Of a stretch of 64,000 nucleotides of DNA, positions 62,282-64,000 are shown one piece after another. Source of the stretch: Octopus sinensis (lineage: Eukaryota); the NCBI RefSeq assembly GCF_006345805.1, contig NC_043005.1:33666001-33730000 (forward strand), given 5' to 3'. The notes beneath the pieces were generated by a model that did not search any database, had not been told where the DNA came from, and saw nothing but the letters and a program-made list of their open reading frames with translations. The position numbers and the translations under genes are program-made. Positions within the stretch are counted from its first letter, which is position 1. Each line of letters opens with the position of its first letter.

Positions 62282-63534
62282 TATAGACTGCAGTGTCTGT
62301 GAAGGTAAATGGTAATTATCAGTTAACTGTAAAATACAAGCAATTATAAATAGAAATGATTTGCTTTGAGCTTTGACATATGATAGACTGTTATCTTTAT
62401 CCATTAGCAAAGGCATAATGGAGACAAGAAGCATTCTGTTTCCTACCATGATGAGGAAAAATTCTCTACTTTTACTGCAAGATTATTCAAGTGAATTCTT
62501 TGACTCATTGTAATAGAATTATTACGTTTATTAATAGCATAACACTATATGAAGCTCCATATATATGTTAAAGGTTATTCACAATTGTTATACAATCCCT
62601 GAAGATTTGATAATGAAATCTATTTATAAGGGTTTTTTTTTTGTTTTTATAATAGATATTGTTGTTAATGAAATGTAAGATGATGTAATTAAATTATTTG
62701 TGAATACTCTCTCCAGTTTTGCTTTTTTCTATATGTAATCTATGATATTGCTATGGAGAATAGTGATTAGACACTTAACTATAATTCACAAGATCTCTTT
62801 TTAGTTTTCTCTTTTGATATATATATAAGGATGTACTGGTTTTATCTATAATGCATTAAAAGTCAGCTTGAATCATGGTTGGCTGGTTGCTTGCTTGCTT
62901 GCAATGTTACCCAGCCAAACTGGCACTAATGGAGAAATACTATGAATTAGGTCTCCCCTGAAATGTAAATACAAATGGAATAAAATAAATTTCGTGTAAA
63001 TTGGATTAGTGGTTGTGGACATATTAGGAGTTTTCAGGGTATAAATACCCCAAACAGTGCATAATGGGAAAATTCTCTGAAATTAGCTTAATCCTGAAAG
63101 GGAAGAAACTGTTACTTTTCAATTAGTCACAGTGACTTGATAACAAAAAAATACGATTTGTTTTTTAACAGTAAATGTTTCTATTTTCACTTTTGTTAAA
63201 CACAGTATTTTAATCATTTAGAAATGTTTTTAAGTGAATGTGATTTCAAAAATATAAGTTGTTTGTACAGTAAGTATTTATATTTTAGCTTTCTTTAAAC
63301 AGACACTATCTTAATGTTTTTTAAATTATTTTCAAGTGAATACCTTTATAAAAATTCTTTTTAGCATATCTAGAAAATATTTTAAAGTGAAAATGATGGT
63401 AAATATTTCGTAAAAGACCTGTTAATAACCTCAATGGGAAATAATTTCTTTCCATAGGTTTTTGCAAGTGCATTCACCGTCTCTCACCTCCAAAGATTTG
63501 GCTGCTATTTCTAGCATGCCCTGCTACCGCATAA
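39044..63534 (+). CDS. P4HA: Prolyl 4-hydroxylase alpha-subunit family gene, 13 coding exons, 530 aa, predicted catalytically inactive
   Basis: join(39044-39285,40053-40210,45065-45423,49814-49865,51156-51307,53652-53816,54380-54426,56699-56807,58629-58673,60215-60259,60977-61045,61978-62050,63458-63534) = 1593 nt. All introns GT-AG, phases consistent, no internal stop. Signal peptide, N-domain ([18 protein letters not shown]), TPR-like domain and 2OG-dioxygenase-like domain occur in P4HA order. This is a family-level symbol for a divergent paralog, not an orthology call. Confidence 0.88.
40053..40210 (+). CDS. P4HA: P4HA-like coding exon 2
   Basis: [21 protein letters not shown] matches the family motif HPVNAFKLMKRL..EW. 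Flanks ttttcag| and G|GTTTGT. Confidence 0.92.
40798..41015. repeat. Foldback element / MITE, 66-bp inverted arms
   Basis: 40798-40863 versus 40950-41015, 2 mismatches. Confidence 0.9.
42430..42750 (+). mobile_element. RTE-X-like LINE 3' ORF remnant
   Basis: Similar to 1450-1770 (atcagatgt..gtgcaag, tatggatgag.acagctgt, agaagac..g..atga). Confidence 0.65.
42803..43380 (-). mobile_element. mariner transposase 3' fragment with TIR
   Basis: [20 protein letters not shown]...[11 protein letters not shown]...YEILPHPP. Terminal tacgagggatgttcattaaag is mariner-TIR-like. Confidence 0.85.
43387..43679. repeat. Foldback element, 96-bp inverted arms
   Basis: 43387-43482 versus 43584-43679: 83 Watson-Crick pairs, 6 G-U, 7 mismatches. 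Confidence 0.88.
44548..44769. mobile_element. pogo/Tigger-type MITE
   Basis: TA|CAGTAATCCCTCG ... CAAGGGATTACTG|TA; TA target duplication. Confidence 0.8.
45065..45423 (+). CDS. P4HA: P4HA-like coding exon 3
   Basis: FPDEEDF...[47 protein letters not shown]. Flanks tttttag| and GAG|GTGAGA. Confidence 0.92.
45617..46038. repeat. (ATG)n, (TATG)n and (TA)n microsatellite cluster
   Basis: Directly visible runs. Confidence 0.9.
46142..46415. mobile_element. Young MITE with perfect 64-bp inverted arms in TA context
   Basis: 46142-46205 is the exact reverse complement of 46352-46415; 146-bp spacer. Confidence 0.9.
46872..47521 (-). mobile_element. Tc1/mariner deletion derivative with both TIRs
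   Basis: Left tacagagtccaccagaaaaatgtttatacacttca versus right (reverse complement) tacaaagtcagccaaaaaatgtttacacacttca. Internal [18 protein letters not shown] remnant. Confidence 0.75.
48280..48430 (+). mobile_element. Tc1/mariner-type transposase 3' remnant
   Basis: [37 protein letters not shown]; same family as 37880-38470. Confidence 0.65.
49814..49865 (+). CDS. P4HA: P4HA-like coding exon 4
   Basis: [17 protein letters not shown]|D, equivalent to GDLDKALLLTKKLLEL|DP. Donor G|GTAAGT (phase 1). Confidence 0.88.
51156..51307 (+). CDS. P4HA: P4HA-like coding exon 5
   Basis: [15 protein letters not shown]...ANYEKLCLK, equivalent to DPEHQRANGNLKYFE...YEMLCRG. Confidence 0.92.
51430..52100 (-). 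mobile_element. Old Penelope-like RT remnant (tentative)
   Basis: [11 protein letters not shown] resembles the PLE PFLDV.I motif; otherwise highly decayed. Confidence 0.3.
53370..53470. repeat. (CA)n microsatellite
   Basis: Directly visible run. Confidence 0.95.
53652..53816 (+). CDS. P4HA: P4HA-like coding exon 6
   Basis: RLYCYL...[18 protein letters not shown], equivalent to LFCRY...KQEDEWDKPRIIRFHDII. 165 nt, phase 0-0. Confidence 0.9.
54380..54426 (+). CDS. P4HA: P4HA-like coding exon 7 (divergent, short)
   Basis: [15 protein letters not shown]|G. Little sequence similarity; chosen because it is the only candidate I found with the required 0-2 phase and good splice sites. A tandem acceptor 6 nt downstream is possible. 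Confidence 0.6.
55780..56260 (+). mobile_element. Penelope-like element fragment (RT C-terminus, linker and start of GIY-YIG endonuclease)
   Basis: [35 protein letters not shown]...HN.KI...CNFK...[18 protein letters not shown]...[11 protein letters not shown]. Confidence 0.85.
56699..56807 (+). CDS. P4HA: P4HA-like coding exon 8
   Basis: [36 protein letters not shown]. Strong pyrimidine tract, phase 2-0, and length matching the AWL...AEELQ exon. Confidence 0.78.
58629..58673 (+). CDS. P4HA: P4HA-like coding exon 9 (degenerate HxD site)
   Basis: [15 protein letters not shown] aligns ungapped to VANYGVGGQYEPHFD. Flanks ttttacag| and |GTAAGT. Confidence 0.88.
58674..59610. repeat. Compound (TAC)n(TGC)n(TAA)n / (TAA)n(TAT)n microsatellites with nested repeat fragments
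   Basis: Runs at 58680-58805 and 58926-59022. Non-repetitive inserts at 58806-58925, 59023-59285 and 59300-59610. Confidence 0.85.
60215..60259 (+). CDS. P4HA: P4HA-like coding exon 10
   Basis: [15 protein letters not shown] aligns to TGNRIATWLFY. Flanks attttcag| and |GTAAGT. Confidence 0.85.
60977..61045 (+). CDS. P4HA: P4HA-like coding exon 11
   Basis: [23 protein letters not shown] aligns ungapped to MSDVSAGGATVFPEVGASVWPKK. Confidence 0.92.
61978..62050 (+). CDS. P4HA: P4HA-like coding exon 12 (degenerate distal His and Lys)
   Basis: [24 protein letters not shown] versus GTAVFWYNLFASGEGDYSTRHAACPVLVGNKW. Donor C|GTAAGT. Confidence 0.92.
62200..62282. repeat. (CA)n microsatellite downstream of exon 12
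   Basis: Directly visible run. Confidence 0.95.
63458..63534 (+). CDS. P4HA: P4HA-like terminal coding exon 13
   Basis: RFCKCIHR aligns to VSNKWLHE. Acceptor tttctttccatag|, correct phase, stop TAA at 63532-34. Confidence 0.72.
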
Positions 63535-63611
63535 CAGTTATTTGCGATAAAGGACCTGAAATACCTGTTACGTGGTAGCAGAGCATGCAAGAAATAGCAG
63601 CCAAATCTTTG
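63491..63611. repeat. Foldback repeat overlapping the last 14 codons and stop of the P4HA-like gene
   Basis: 63491-63537 pairs with 63565-63611: 43 Watson-Crick pairs, 1 G-U, 3 mismatches. Confidence 0.9.
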
Positions 63612-63829
63612 CTTTTCTGGGGAAAGGAGTTGTTTACGCGTGATTTCGATGTCACATTCATGTGAAAGTATGTGAAATAACCTGGAAAAGAAAAAAAAAA
63701 CCCATGAAACAAAACTTCATTGCTGGGAAACTCAGGCTTTCCCAGTACCCAACAGGTCATGGGTAGTCTAGTTTCATATAATTTTAATTAAAATTACACT
63801 ATATTGTTATATGTGTGTGTGATTTTGCA

Positions 63830-63872
63830 CATACATACATACATACATACATACATACATACATACATACAT
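63830..63872. repeat. (CATA)n microsatellite
   Basis: Directly visible run. Confidence 0.95.
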
Positions 63873-64000
63873 GTATATATATGTATGTGTATAAAGTCAT
63901 ATTATTAATGTTATATACAGTAATATTAAGGTGGCTAGCAAGTTCACACCTTTACAGGTACAATATGTTGTAATTTAAGAAAAGTATGATATAAATACCA

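Overview
AT-rich, repeat-dense animal genomic DNA with spliceosomal introns. The SINE/LINE families resemble those I recall from octopus (coleoid cephalopod) genomes; this species call is inference. Two divergently oriented protein-coding genes can be supported. (1) A minus-strand C2H2 zinc-finger gene with one 372-aa coding exon (13500-12382) and a probable spliced non-coding 3' tail. (2) A plus-strand, 13-coding-exon prolyl 4-hydroxylase alpha-subunit (P4HA) family gene (39044-63534) that I assembled by hand: all introns are GT-AG, all phases are consistent, and the ORF is 530 aa. The key result is that this intact P4HA-like ORF has lost the Fe(II)-binding His-x-Asp...His triad and the 2-oxoglutarate-binding Lys, and its active-site loops are shortened, so it looks like a maintained pseudoenzyme. 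Its stop codon lies inside a 47-bp RNA hairpin formed by a foldback repeat that supplies the last 14 codons. A CpG-retaining island at about 17-19.4 kb is a candidate shared bidirectional promoter. The rest is decayed transposons (RTE/RTE-X, L1/Tx1, CR1/L2-type, Penelope-like, mariner/Tc1, hAT-Charlie, piggyBac and pogo MITEs, at least three short retroposon families), microsatellites and many long inverted repeats.
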